Origin: Podarcis gaigeae
Lineage: Eukaryota
Assembly: GCA_964106915.2 (NCBI GenBank)
Contig: OZ066923.1
DNA length: 64,000 bases
Direction: 5' to 3' (one strand)
This document shows, one piece after another, positions 10,908 to 24,373 of this stretch (position 1 is its first letter; every line of letters begins with the position of its first letter). Made by a program: the position numbers and the translations under genes. Under the pieces are notes generated by a model. That model was not told where the DNA came from. It saw only the letters and a program-made list of their open reading frames with translations, and did no database searches.

Positions 10908-12128
10908 AGTGCAAGCTTGGGACCTTCTTTCTTGGACTTTCTTCTTGACCTCTACTCTGTAAATAGATTCCTTCTTTGTTCTCTACTCCTTTCTATTGCA
11001 GCTTTATAAAAGACTGAACTATTCCGCCTATAATGCTTTCAATCGATAGCTTTTTTAAATGACACTCATCAATATGAAAGTCCCCCCTTTTTTTGGTTTG
11101 AATTTTTTCCCCCAATTGGAATTTTTAAAATAGATTTCTGTGCTCATCTTTCTTCCCCTCCCTCTTAAAGGTATGCAATACTTGTTTGTGTTTTGAGCAT
11201 GAGGGAAGACCAGGTCAGATAAGGGAATATTTTAGTGTTCCTATTGCTTGGAGATGATTTTTAGAAATATTTGAATTAAGAAAGGGACTTGCATTGGATG
11301 ACTTTTTAGCCAAGGCCCTGAAATGGTGGGATTAAGAAATGTAACTAATAGTGGAAGCCACCTAAGATGGAATAGGGTAACTTCATTTTTTACAGAACTT
11401 CAAAATTTCGTGGTGGATAAGATTCTAATGTAACTGCATACATGTAGGATGATGTCTTTCTAGCCCTGGCAAGGACTGGATGGACTGAGATAAGCTTTTC
11501 ACTGCTCTTTCAAGGGGAGGACTGTGCTGTTGTCTGGAGTGGGTGGTAGAGTTTGAGACAAGGAATTAAAATGAATCATGCCGGGGGGGGGGGGAGAGAT
11601 CCTCTATTTAAAATCATGATAGTTTGACCACAACAAAGTGGGGATACAGTGAAAATTTAATTTCCTGTCTCTTTCCAAACAAGTCTGACCACTGTCTTGG
11701 TCCCTGCCAACTTCCAGGAGAAGGTGTTAACAGAAGCTCCATTCTTCCCAACCCTTCAGTGCCTATCCACAGCTTTTTGTGTTTAAAGTCTTGTGTCTGC
11801 AGTGCATCCTACACCTCCAGCAATCTTTATTTTTTCAATTGTGGATCTTGAATCGGGGAGGGAAGAATGAATGTAGAGGGGGCAGACTTGTTATTGAGGT
11901 AACTATAAAACTGTGTTACCATTGCTTAGGTTTGGGATTGGGGGTTTTTCCCATCAGGAGGGGGAATGGAAAAGATAATTTTCAGTACTCCCATTTTTAT
12001 TTTTAAAAGATATGCTTGTTTAAACAATGGAAGATTCTCATAGGACTGATAGCTAATTGTCCATTTTATTTTGTATGTGTAATTTTGTGCAAGAAGGATT
12101 TAGCTGTCTTTGTAATTTTAGAGTTAAA

Positions 12129-12134
12129 AATAAA
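12129..12134 (+). terminator. Probable H1-0 polyadenylation signal
   Basis: AATAAA about 1.2 kb after the stop at the end of a U-rich 3' UTR; no histone stem-loop seen after the stop codon. Confidence 0.65.
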
Positions 12135-15100
12135 ATGTAAACAGCATAATGGCTTAGGTTTTCCACGGTGTACTGTCTTTTGCAATATAGCTATATAAAA
12201 CAACTTTAAACATTGAAAATTCAGGCTCAGCTGTACATTCTCAAAATGGGACTGTGCGCAGTTGATTCTGTAAAGTTTGAAGGGAGGGGGGAGACAGTTC
12301 TGCATCAGTGAAAGTGCAATGGAAGGAAACAAACTTGTGTTGGTGTCTAAACTATGGGAACACTTTCTTGGGTTATTGTGAAGAATCTGGATGAATGGAA
12401 AGTTTCACCATGAAAATCTCCACATAATTAGCCACTAGATGGCAGCCTAGCAAGGCATGATCTCACTTTACAATGGAAAAAAGGCAGTTAAGAAATAGTT
12501 GTGTGTTTCACAGGGAAAAGGCCAACCAATTTGCAAGTAGGTTCCTTAGTCCTATGCAAACTGATCCACAATATGAGGCAAGCATGTTTCAGCAAATGCA
12601 GTGATTAAGTGCTATGGAATGTAAATGTATTTGTGAGCACAATAGACACGTGCATGAAAACCCAACTGTCAATTTAAATTCTACTTTTTCATTTTTCCAG
12701 TCTTAAATTCTCCACATTTCTGTAGCAGTTTGGTTAAAAAAAATAATCCTCCAGCATTTTTAATTTCTAATCACATTTTTGTATGCAGCTTTAACCAATG
12801 TACACTTACTTTTTTTTTTTGCAATGAATTGGTCATATGCAATTTTGTATGTTACTTCCATGGATACGTTCATTTTTATCCACACTTTCCCCTAATATAT
12901 GCATTTTTGCAAAAAAAATTTGCTTGGAGAACTACATTACAAAATTCAGATAAGTATGAATTTTGAAGGTTGGCTATATTTCAGTTCTTGTATCATTTTG
13001 TAAAGTGTCAGTTCAGTAGATTACACATTTAATGTTAAAGGAATTGAATTTCTCTCCCCTCCCTACCCAACTTTGCTCCTTGAGGTGTGTCCATTATGTG
13101 TTTAAAACAGTGCTTCATTCTAAAGTCCACATGGCAAACACACTTCCCATCCAAACACTGGTTTGCCACTACATGTTGTTCTTATACTTGCCCACTTCAC
13201 TGAAGATAATTGTGGGGGAGGGGAGCAGTTACTTTTCTGTTGCATAGTAACACAGAGGGATGCCCCAAGGCCCGTGCTGGTCTACAATTACTGTTTCGAG
13301 TAAGAATAAAGGGACAGCATACATGGAATGCAGGAAACAGATTCACAGAATGAATGCATCGGATCCCCTGAAATGCCCATGAAGTTCTATGAAATTAAAA
13401 TCAATTAAATATGTGTGGCATGCTTATAGATGGAAATTTCAGGTGGGAAAGGGACTTCTCTGCTGATCACCATATTACGACTTCCCCCATGTAAAACTAG
13501 GTCCTATCCAATTTCAGAATTTTGGTCCACTTAACTTTGTGTACACATTACTAGCTTAAACTGCAGCTAAACTGTTAATTTCAACTGAGATGGAAGCTGG
13601 TTTGTGAGGAAAGACATCAAAAGGTACTTGATTTTAACAAATTACAGGTTACATGTGGATTGTGGTTAATGCTGTGTGTGCACCATTTCTCCAATCGGTG
13701 ATAGGGGCACTCTGGGTGCTGAGTAAACTGGTGTACATAGTCTTAGTATTGTCTACCCTGACCAATACAGACTTGTCAAGGTTTCATAAAGGGGGTCTTT
13801 CCCATCCCTAGTTGGAGAGGCTGAGAACTAAACCTTGAGACCTTCAACATGCAGAGTTCTCCACACGGATTCCCTACATCCAGGGTTAGGAGCTTCATGT
13901 GGTTTCCAATGTGGGGTCACATGCAGAACCCACCCTGTGGAATACGTTGGATGCTGATGTGTGTCTGCATATTGTATAGTGCATCCACCACAATCTCTCA
14001 CCATGCTACATAGTGGCAATGCACATTTCCTCATCTGCTTGTGATGCAGATCAGGTACGTCCATGTAAAACCACTGCCTCAGGCCAGTGCGCTTGTTAAC
14101 TGCATTTTGCTAGTCTTTGTAGTGCACTGTTATGTGCAACATCAGGGCCAATGGGTGTTGCTCATGGTGCAAGTTTTGTTCAACACTCACGTGACATCAC
14201 CCTCATAAAAATGCCATCCTATGCTGTTTTCTGTTCATTCCACATTTTCTCCAGAAATTTTGATAAGTGAAAACAACCAAGGGAATGATAAATCTATTGA
14301 ATTGGGAGGTGTATGGGGATGAGGCTGACAATTTTGATGAGACACTGAACAAAATTTGCATGCATGAACAGCTCTGAGTCCACACTATACTGCCATGTTG
14401 AAGGTCCCAGTGTCGCCAAGCAGAATGCAAGCCTGCGGACAGAACACAAAAAATAGTTTCAATTTGGGGCTCTATTCCGATAACGTTCTTGGTGTCATTT
14501 TATAAGTTGAGTTTCAAAAGTTGGGTGCCCAGCCTGTGCCTGGAAAAGGCATGAGAAACCCTACTCTATGACAAGGAAGAAACTGCAGGCAGCTGTCTCT
14601 CCTGTAGCAAGTGTCTGTCTCTGGCTGCCCTAGCCATAAACAAAGTCTGAGCAGATTCTGGCTGAGTAGATAGACAGCTTGTAGCACAGGTTGGGTTGGG
14701 TAGTGGGTAAAGCTCAGGGCAAGCCAGTGTGGAAAATAAAAGAAAGCTTTGTTCTAAAGCACAGCTGGTAGCTGTGGAAAACAGATGATCCAAAAAGAAA
14801 ATTCAGTATATGTATCTCTGATGAATAATTCTGTTGCCTCTCCCCCAGCTCTCTGCCCAAATCCTAATCCAGTTTGAGATTTTTGAGATTTCCAATGCTT
14901 GCATTTTCAACACAAATCTATGGCTTAACTAGTAGAGGCCACTACTTACTCTAAATATATAGATATTGGATTGGCTTCAGTTTGTGCTGCTACCTTTTAT
15001 AATGAGTTATTAATCCATTATTTCATTGTCTAGTAACATAATTTTGTGAGCAAAATCCAGAGTGACAGTGGTTGGTGGTGTTACTATTAAAATGTTTTTT

Positions 15101-17032
15101 GCCTTCATGCAAGCTCCTAGGTTGAGTTACAGATGCACACAATTTAAAACAATTAAAACCTATAAACAGTATATTTAAAGTAGCAAAGGTTTATAAGGAA
15201 CTGCGATTATTATTATTATTTAATGAATGGGAATAAATTGGATTTAGGCTGCACTCACTTGGGACTGAACCCCATTAAATCCAATAGGACTTACTTCTGA
15301 GCAGATGTGGTTAAGATTGCATTGCAAATTAAACCACTGCAATACTTTGCCAGCACATTGCACACATTTATACAAACAACATCCACTTAGGTGTGATGCC
15401 GGAATCTTCTGGGAATAGTAGCAGACAAGGACTCAGACTCTCTGAGCACTTTTAAAAGAATGAAGAAGGAAAGAGGCAAGCAAATGTGAGGTTGTGTAAC
15501 TACAGAGGAGGGAAACACATCTCTCTGCCAATGCTTCTGTGAAAGGTGGGAGAACAAACAGCTAGATCATTCATTAGCAAATTTAAAAGATGGGAAGAAG
15601 GTGCTGAAGATCCCAGGCTAAGCTTCAAGTCAGTTGACTCCATAAATTTCTCCCAGACATACAAATTTTATAAAATTAGGGATAATTTTCATTGCCCTGC
15701 CACGGATGCCAATCATATCAATTATTCAGTACTCTGTCACCAACAACATTCACCTCTCGCATTGTTCTGATCATGTGACACACTTTCTTAAATTCCTGCA
15801 CTGGCTTTCAGTCTGTTCCTGCATCCAACACAAGTTCCTTGTCCTTATTGTCAAAGCCATCTATGTCCTCCTTGCTTCTCCCTCTGCTTTTTATGTTCCA
15901 ATAAATCCCTGCCCTGTGGTCTTCACTTCTCCAGCCCTCCTCCTCCACATTGACTACCATCCACAGCTTTCCTGCACACTTCAAAAGACTGCTTTTTGTC
16001 CCTTACTGACCCAAGTGCCTCCTCTGCATAGATTTTTTTTTAAATGTAAGCTCCTTTTGGCAGGGACCTGTCCATCCACTAAAGCTGAATGCTGAAAGAT
16101 TCAGGACAAAACAGACAGAGGAAAGGCACATAGTCAAACTATGGAAAAAGCTCCCACAAGATGATGTGATGACCACCAATTTGGATGTCTTTAAAAGAGG
16201 ATTAGACATTCATGGAGGATAAGGCTATCAGTGGGTACTACCCATGTTGGCTATGTTCTCCCTCTACTGTCAAAGGCAGTATGACTCTGCCTGCCAATTG
16301 CAAGGAATCACAATTGGAGAGAGTGCTCTTGCACTCAGGTCCTGCTTGGGAGCACCTTTGGGGTATCAAGTTTCCCTCTCTACAGACAGGATGCTGAAAT
16401 AAATGGGCATTTGGTCTGATCCTGCAGAGCTCTTCTTATATGCTTATGCTCTGCACTTTCTTAAGTACTAATGCATGTGTCATGCGTGCACACCCCCCCC
16501 CCTATTATTTTATGTGCTGAACTAGGCACTTCAATTTCTATGGAGCCCACACCTGAAAGCGTCAAACTTGTCCATCACACCTCCCTGTCCTCCTTATACT
16601 GTAGTTCTCATTTATTTATTTCTATCCAACCCTCCAAGCTCAGGGTTTCTTCCTTCCCATTTCACCTTCTCAACCACTTGCGGTAGGTTAGGCTGAGAGA
16701 TAATGGTGACCAATATTTCCAAGCAAATTTTTGTCACTGAACAGGAATGTGAACCTTTCCATATGCACACAGTCTACACTAACTGTGGATATATGAAGAT
16801 GGGGCCAGCAGTACAACCCTGCTTCCAGTAATCTCTCTTTCCATGGGAGGAAATTCCCCTTTTAGAAGTGCACTTTTTCATTAAAATTTATTCATAATGA
16901 ATGGACACAGTATAAATCAAATGCACTCTGACCTACAAGTGTACATATTATATACAAATATATAGGTTGATAATAGGTGGAGGAACAGCTTAAACATTCC
17001 AATAAACAGCTATTGTATTACGGTATTTTAAT

Positions 17033-17121
17033 ATTTTGTTGGAAGCCGCCCAGAGTGGCTGGGGAAGCCCAGCCAGATGGGTGGGGTATAAGTAATAAAT
17101 TTATTATTAATTATTATTATT
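17033..17121 (+). mobile_element. L2/CR1-clade LINE 3'-end stub
   Basis: ggaagccgcccagagtggctggggaagcccagccagatgggtggggtata + (TTA)n-like tail; same terminus as the longer copy ending at about 34470. Confidence 0.7.
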
Positions 17122-17699
17122 AGCTAAAGCCTACTGCCCCTGAACAGAGCCTCAGATCTCTCCCTCTCTGGCTTATTTTCTTTTTCACAGACCTAAAGCA
17201 CATCATCCTTAGCTAGGGTGCAGGTGGCAGGGAGCCATAAAAGACATATCCCGGTGTTTCCTAGCCAAGCCATTCAGAAATCAGACAGCTATCTCCCTAC
17301 CGAAAGGAGGATCTTGCCACACCTGGCCAGCATTGTAAACAGCCCTCTTAGCTCCATGAAACCTCTTCCATCGAAACCTCCAATCTTAGCCACGCTCTTA
17401 TTGTTCCTCATCCAGCCCTAGGCCGCTTGTAGGCATCGGCGCAGCACCTTTTGTGCCGCAGGTCCTGCTGACCGAGACGTAGGAAGCTGCCTTATTCCAA
17501 GTCAGGCCAGTTCAGCGGCCCATCTAAGCTCAGTACTGCGGACACTGACCGGCAGCAGCGGCTCCCCTGGGCTTCATACGAGAGAATGGAGTGAACCTGG
17601 AACCTTTTCCCTTCCAAAGCACCTGCTTTGCCGCTGGTATGGAACTTAAGACCGAACAACTATTAATTTATTTTAAAATTTAAATCCGGCTTAAAAAAA

Positions 17700-18400
17700 A
17701 AAAAGAGCGTGGGAGGCGGTAATAAGCGTTTGTCGTATGCACACAAAACGGTCCCGACCCGGATCCATGCCTGCGGTTCGCATACGAGGGGAAATGTCCC
17801 ATGGAAGCGAATGACAATCCTCCCCCAAGTATAAATTGAAGCAGGGTGTGAGACTGATAAATACGGCTGGAGAAAAGGGTTAGCCCGAATACACCACCGT
17901 AAGGTCCCGCTCCATATCGTGCACTGGAACCTTGCGTTAAAAATCATGGAAACTTGCAAAAAAAGCAGTGAAAGTCATATCCACGAAGCTGAGAGCATCC
18001 TGCAATTGGCACCTCTTCCCACAGCCCGCGTCTTCTTCTCTGCCCCTTTAAATGAGCTCCGCCGCCCATTGGTCGTGCTTCCGCCGAGGCCTGATTGGCT
18101 GGCTCGGCCTACGCCTCCAGCGACCTGCCTCTCGCCTCTTCTTCTTCTTCCTCCTCTCTTTCGCTTTGCACGCGGAGCTCGGCTATGTGGTGGTGCAGGC
18201 GCCTCTTGAGGACCCCGCTTTCTCCGGGCCTGGGCAGCCCCTCCCGGGCCCAGTCTGCCCTGGCGCAGCTGCAGCAGGTGCTGGAGGGGGAGCTCGAGGG
18301 CATCCGCGGCGCGGGCACCTGGAAGAGCGAGAGGGTGATCACGTCGAGGCAGGGACCGCGCATCCAGGTGGAAGGCAGCCGCGGAGGTAGGGCGGGGACT
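17700..18400. promoter_or_regulatory. GCAT: CpG-rich GCAT promoter
   Basis: CpG-dense; GC box ccgccc at about 18060; inverted CCAAT boxes (ATTGG) at about 18068 and 18094, upstream of ATG 18185. Confidence 0.7.
18185..18386 (+). CDS. GCAT: Glycine C-acetyltransferase (2-amino-3-ketobutyrate CoA ligase) exon 1, with mitochondrial targeting peptide
   Basis: ATG..GGA G|gtaggg; MWWCRRLLRTPLSPGLGSPSRAQSALAQLQQVLEGELEGIRGAGTWKSERVITSRQGPRIQVEGSRG; the nine exons total 1266 nt = 421 aa + stop with consistent phases. Confidence 0.93.
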
Positions 18401-18544
18401 TGGATAGGAGAAAGAGAGCTTCGGCTGGAGTTGACTTATTATTATATTTAATTAATTAATTGAATTTTGCCAGTCACTCTATCTTGCCCAGGGCAACCTA
18501 AAGCGACTTAACAACCCAAACAGACAGACAATAAATCCTACATA

Positions 18545-18681
18545 CGGTGCTTTTTTTCCTAAAAAAATGTTTAAGGGTACTCTCATTTTCCTGCTCATAT
18601 TGAAATACTGCCCCTCAACGAGGCCAAACTTAGATTCGCAAAATGTTTAGTGGTATGCGTCCCCCCAGAAAAAAAGCACTG
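18545..18681. mobile_element. hAT-like MITE in GCAT intron 1
   Basis: TIRs cggtgcttttttt / aaaaaaagcactg; 8-bp TSD cctacata / cctacaca. Confidence 0.75.
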
Positions 18682-19637
18682 CCTACACAAATACATTAAA
18701 ATCAAGAGGAAAGAGTTTAAAACATTGCACTCACTTCTAAAAGGCCACAGATAGTTAAAGGCCTGGTTACGGAGGAAGGTTTTTGCCTTAGACAAATAGG
18801 ATTACTTTTGACAGCTCCCAAGAGAACATGGATGCCTTTCTTCCCCCTTCTCAGGATTCCTTGGCCAGTTAAACTTGTTGAACTTAGGTGCTGGCTATAA
18901 AGAGAAAGCATCATGGCTCCTATTACCCTCAGCAATGTAATTTATCTAGTGAGTGCTGCAGTTCCACCGAGCTATGCAGAACTAAAAGTATATTTGCAAA
19001 ATTGCTTTACATTTGAAAAAAAAAACAACTTCAGTTCAGTATTATTAGTCTAGCCATGGCTGAAGTTAGAGAATGGTAACTCATATTGATGGAAAGGAGA
19101 GCTTTTACAGTGCCCGAAAGAGTGTGAAAACATGGATTGGGGCACAGGAAGATGCAGTGCAGAAACAAAAGGGGTAGGTGTAGGGGATGAGTGCATTGTT
19201 TAAAAGGTTGGATCCAGCTGATCCATCAGTTTCACAAGGTAGCTGAACAGCAAAACAGAAACAAGCTTAACCCACAGCATTCAGGCCCTGTGTCCGTTTT
19301 TCCTTCCTCCTTTTTGTTTGTGAGCAGGCTATTAGCCAACACCTGTTCCTTAAAACTGACTTGATATGAAAACTAATCATGTCTGTAATAGCCTACTATA
19401 TAATTACTAAATATTATTTATTCTTACAAAATGAGCCACAATTGTGAGACTATATATTGTTGTAATTGATATAGCCAGTAGAAACTTAGCATATGTTTGG
19501 TAGAACCTTCCTTAACTGGACTGTTTCCATAGTTCTGATCCTGTGCTCAGTACTCTTGGTGTGTTTGTTTTAGCTCTTTAGCTCATGGAGGCTTGATTAG
19601 TTGACCTGGTTCCAAGTAGCGTTGTTAAACAAATGGA

Positions 19638-19663
<26 letters not shown>
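19638..19663. repeat. (GT)n microsatellite
   Basis: Pure GT run. Confidence 0.95.
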
Positions 19664-19668
<5 letters not shown>

Positions 19669-20915
19669 AGTTCTGCTTTTTTTACCAATTGCCAGATCTT
19701 TTTGTGTAAACTCCAGAATTTCAACTTATTGCCTAATGTCTTTTGAGCTGAGCTGTCATTTTTGAGGAAAAGCTGTATCCTTTCCATTTAATTCATCAGG
19801 GATGAGGAATCTGTGGCCCTCTCAATGTGGTTTGACACAGTTTGCACCACCCTTAACAAGGAAGATTAGTCATGGTGGCTGGAGCTGATGACTGTCCAAC
19901 AACATCTGGAGGCCACAGATACTTGACCTGTGCTTGAACTATGTAGCTGCTGCACACACAAACTGGGATGGGGGGAACTTGGTGGAGCTCTGCTTTGAAC
20001 CGTAATTTCTCATGAATCAAATTCTCCTCCTCCAAAGATTTCAAGCAGCCAGTTCTTTCAAGTATTCTGTACATTTCAAGTGGCTAAAAATACAGTGCAT
20101 TCCATAAGCGCAAATTCTCAGCATCAAAAATGGGCTAGAAAGTTTGATTTGAGATTTTTAACTTTAAATTCCTAGCATTTCAAGTGTGCATAGTGCTTCG
20201 TCACAAAGTAGGCATTTAATATCCTCTGTTTTACAAAGATGTCCAAGGCTCCCAGTAAATTGTTTCGTTTAATAAAATTTGCTGCTTGATTTGTAATAAC
20301 ACCACTCTCCCTAGCCAGCCAGCCAGCCAACCCTCCCCACCCCAAATTCCCTTAAACTGGGTAAGGTAGGGTGGACATGGCATATGAGTATTGCAACAGC
20401 AATGACTTCTTTTCTCATTTCCCTCTTCAGAAGCATTATGCTATGAACACCACCTGACCTCTAGCTCCAACTATAGGGAAGAGACTATAACTGGGTGCAG
20501 TCTTCTCCAGCCAGGTGCCTTGTATATTTTGGACTACAACTCCCATCTACCCAAGAAGGAATAGTGAATGGTGAGAGATGGTGGGAGTTGCAGTGCAAAA
20601 TATCTGGGTATTGCCAGGTGGGGGGGAGGCCGGCTTGATGGGGGAACTCATGGTTTACATGTAGAAGGCTCCAGCTTCAGCCCCCACCATCTCCAGTTAA
20701 AGGGATCAGATAGTGGGTGGTAGAGAAAACACCTGCTGGAGATCCTAAAGAGCATCACTGAAGACAGTAGAGAGCTAAATAGCCTGACTTGGTCCAAGGC
20801 GGCTTCCTATGTTCCTAGAATCAAAGTAAGAAATATGCAGCTACTTAAGAAGATGAATAAGGTAGGAGTGTGCACACATCGCTCGTTTGTTTCAATCTTC
20901 TTCTCATTGTTGCAG

Positions 20916-21046
20916 ATATCCTGAATTTTTGTGCCAACAATTACCTAGGATTGTCCAGCCATCCCAAGGTGATCCGTTCTGGACTGGATGCCCTGGAGAA
21001 GTATGGAGCTGGCCTCAGTTCCGTCCGCTTCATCTGTGGAACACAA
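20916..21046 (+). CDS. GCAT: GCAT exon 2
   Basis: tgcag|AT...CAA|gtaggg; ILNFCANNYLGLSSHPKVIRSGLDALEKYGAGLSSVRFICGTQ. Confidence 0.96.
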
Positions 21047-21865
21047 GTAGGGATGAGCAGGAGTGTTGCAAAGAGCTAACCATGTTTGCAGTGCAAGCGT
21101 CTGAAAATGCCACTGGCCTGCTTCAAGTAATTGCTTTGAGGGCAAGCTTCTTGATTAAAACTGCTATTGTTCTAGCAATTAAGGAAAAGCTCTGGCTGCA
21201 TTGATGCTTTTTTATTAATTCACAAGCAGCTGTAATCCAAGGACTTTGCATTTTTGTGGGGCGGGGAGGGGAGAAGGAAATTCAAAGTTCTGCATGAGTA
21301 AAACGGTGAAAGTGTGTAGCAGTAATGATACAGAATAAGCATACTTACATGTATTTGCATGCTATGCATAATTTTACACTTCTTATGGTTGTGGGAAGAA
21401 GCAGTAAGAAGAAACCACACAGGGCACCCTGTCTCCACCCCATAGTTGACTATTTGATATTATCAGATGTTACCCACACACTCTCAACATGTACAGGCTA
21501 GAAACATCACTTTAAGGAAAAAGATTCCCACGATGGCGCTTTATGCGCAAGTTAACAATCTCTGCCCCTAGGCAGCTACACAGCCCCACCTAAAACTATC
21601 CCGATAGAATGATGATGCAGCTCCTCTCGGGGGAGTTTTCTCATGCGTCTCAGAAGTGGCCCTGAACAACAAAAGACATCTTTCTAAGGCTTCAGTGCAC
21701 CTTCATTGATGAAGAATCTGTCATCATACATAGGAATTAGCCTTTGAATTAAGTGCGGACACATACACCTTCCATCATCCCCACCCAAGAAAAAATAATA
21801 ATGGGAAGGATCACTGTACAGGCCTATCCACCACCACACACAGAGAGCTGCCAAACTTATCGGTA

Positions 21866-22103
21866 GAGTGGTACCTCTGGTTACATAATTCATTCTGGAG
21901 GTCTGTTCTTAACCTGAAACTGTTCTTAACCTGAAGCACCACTTTAGCTAATGGGGCCTCCCATTGCTGCCGCGCTGCCGCTGCATTTTTTCTATTCTCA
22001 TCCTGAAGCAAAGTTCTTAACCCGAGGTATTATTTCTGGGTTAGTGGAGTGTGTAACCTGAAGCGTATGTAACCTGAAGCGTATGCAACCCGAGGTACCA
22101 CTG
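21866..22103. mobile_element. Tc1/mariner (Tigger-like) MITE
   Basis: Termini (c/g)agtggtacctc / gaggtaccactg, TA flanks; same family as 44259 and 62032. Confidence 0.8.
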
Positions 22104-22535
22104 TATATGAATTTGCCAATATACAGCCAAGGGGGAAATGAATTTATATGTTAAATTTCATAGCTGGAAGTGGTATGTCTCTGCGTCCCATTTGCTGGGA
22201 AGCGCAAGTAGAGAGAGTGCTGTTGCGTTCAGGTCCTTCTTGCTGTCTCCCCATAGGCATCTGTTTGACCACTGTGAGAACAGGATGCTGGAATAAATGT
22301 GCTTTTGGCCTGATCCAGCACGACTCTCCTTAGGTGGTATTTCCACAGTCATCAAGATGTTTCTGGCAAGAAAGCTGGGCCTGTTTTGGATGTGGGAAGT
22401 ACCGTATTTTTCGCTCTATAACACGCACCTGACCATAACACGCACATCGTTTTTAGAGGAGGAAAACAAGGGAAAAAACATTCTGAATGAAACAGTGGAT
22501 GTATCATTTTTGGGCTTCATGCTGTGGCCACAGAC

Positions 22536-22926
22536 ATGTGATCTGATGGTGAATTTGGGGTGACCCAATGCAAAAATCCTGAGAATCCCTGTGGATCCAT
22601 GCTTTGTAACCACATTTTTGCACCATTGCAGCCCCAGGCAACAGTGGGTGCGTGATTTTTTTGGTGCAGGCTGTAGCCATGGACATGCTATGTGATCTGA
22701 TGGTGAATTTGGGGTGACCCAATGCAAAGATCCTGAGAATCCCTGTGGATCCATGCTTTGTGACCACATTTTTGCACCATTGCAGCCCCAGGCAACAGTG
22801 GGTGCGTGATTTTTTTGTTGCAGGCTGTAGCCATGGACATGCTATGTGATCTGATGGTGAATTTGGGGTGACCCAATGCAAAGATCCTGAGGATCCATGT
22901 GGATCTATGCTTTGTAACCACATTTT
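22536..22926. repeat. 154-bp tandem repeat, about 2.5 copies
   Basis: atgtgatctgatggtgaatttgggg recurs at 22536, 22690 and 22844. Confidence 0.9.
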
Positions 22927-23044
22927 AAGTGGGGAGCGAAGTAAAAACAAAGAAGGGACATGAGAGGGGTGTGCAGAGAAGCAGCTGGCTAAGAATGCAG
23001 GAGAGGGATTTAACGGGAGGGAGGAAAGAAAGGCAAAAGTTTCC

Positions 23045-23174
23045 NNNNNNNNNNNNNNNNNNNNNNNNNNNNNNNNNNNNNNNNNNNNNNNNNNNNNNNN
23101 NNNNNNNNNNNNNNNNNNNNNNNNNNNNNNNNNNNNNNNNNNNNNNNNNNNNNNNNNNNNNNNNNNNNNNNNNN
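23045..23174. other. Assembly gap (N run)
   Basis: About 130 N characters. Confidence 0.99.
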
Positions 23175-23607
23175 GCACAGAGAGGAATTCCCCTCTGCTT
23201 GCCTGGAGGGGAGGGGCTTTCCCTGCTCTTTGTTCCGTTTCAGCAAACACAGCAACGAAACAGAGGAGGGTGGGCAGTAAGACCCTGAGGCAGAATGCAG
23301 GAAAGCAGCCACTTCCTCTTTTCAGGTTTCGCTTCTCCGTGCAGCGCCGCGATTTGATTTTTTGCCTGATTTTTGCCTGATTTTTCGGCTCCAGGGACCA
23401 CACATTCGCTCTATAACACGCACAGACATTTCCCCTTCCTTTTTAGGAGAAAAAATCTGCGTGTTATAGAGGGAAAAATACGGTAATAGCCTTTCTCATA
23501 CACCTGTTTCAGTCAAGGTAGATCCTACAGAATAAAAGGAATGGTCATGTAGATGTTTCAGTGCTGGGCCCTGGGGGCAAGCAGACTGGCTAAGGAGGAC
23601 TGGAGTA

Positions 23608-23854
23608 CAGTGGTACCTTGGTTGTCGAACTTAATCCATTCCGGGAGTCCATTCGACTCCCAGAACCATTCAAAAACCAAGGCGTGGCTTCCGATTGGCT
23701 GCAGGAGCTTCCTACACTCAATTGGAAGCCACAGAAGTCGGACGTTCAGCTTCCAAAAAAACATTTGCAAACCTGAACACACAGTTCCAGGTTTGTGGCG
23801 TTCGGAAGCTGATTTGTTCAGGAGCCAAGCCGTTCAACAACCAAGGTACCTCTG
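23608..23854. mobile_element. Tc1/mariner-like MITE
   Basis: TIRs cagtggtaccttggttg / caaccaaggtacctctg, TA flanks. Confidence 0.8.
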
Positions 23855-24070
23855 TACAAACCTTAGCAGGGCTAGAACCCTGGAACAAAAGAGGATCCCA
23901 ATTTAACTTTCACTGTTTATAAATAAGTGATCTAGAATGTCTGGCTATAGCATTAATGATGGCAATAATATATAATATATTAAATTTCTTAGTTGCTTTA
24001 TGAGAAAAAGAAAATGTCTCAAAGCAACTTAACAGGATAACCATTGGAACCTTTTGTGCTTTCTCATTAG

Positions 24071-24172
24071 AATATACACAAGGATCTGGAGGAGAAGATT
24101 GCCCGTTTCCATCAGAGAGAAGACACCATTCTCTACGCCAGCTGCTTTGATGCCAATGCTGGGATCTTTGAG
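24071..24172 (+). CDS. GCAT: GCAT exon 3 (too short for the ORF track)
   Basis: cattag|AAT...GAG|gttcat; NIHKDLEEKIARFHQREDTILYASCFDANAGIFE. Confidence 0.94.
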
Positions 24173-24373
24173 GTTCATAGCACTTTGTGTGTAGGAAGTT
24201 GGGTGTTGGTGGTTGGGGGGTGGTCCCAAAGCAACTCTCTTTGTGACAGATTTCTGGAAGGTAGCCATGATAATATGTTGCACCAACAGGGAACTAAGAA
24301 TCTCACGGCACTTAGAAACTAAGCAGCTTTATTATGGCATAAGTTTTTTTGGACTAAGGTTTACTGCATAATA

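Larger units (their letters stand above)
22402..23483. mobile_element. Tc2/pogo-like non-autonomous DNA transposon with an internal 154-bp tandem array and an assembly gap
   Basis: TIRs ccgtatttttcgctctataacacgca / tgcgtgttatagagggaaaaatacgg, TA flanks. Confidence 0.8.

Noticed and set aside
22536-22926. CRISPR-like appearance of the tandem arrays (also 46190-46392)
   Set aside because: Vertebrate DNA; whole units repeat with no unique spacers.
22504-23403. 299-aa minus-strand ORF
   Set aside because: Runs through the N gap and the 154-bp tandem repeat inside a MITE.
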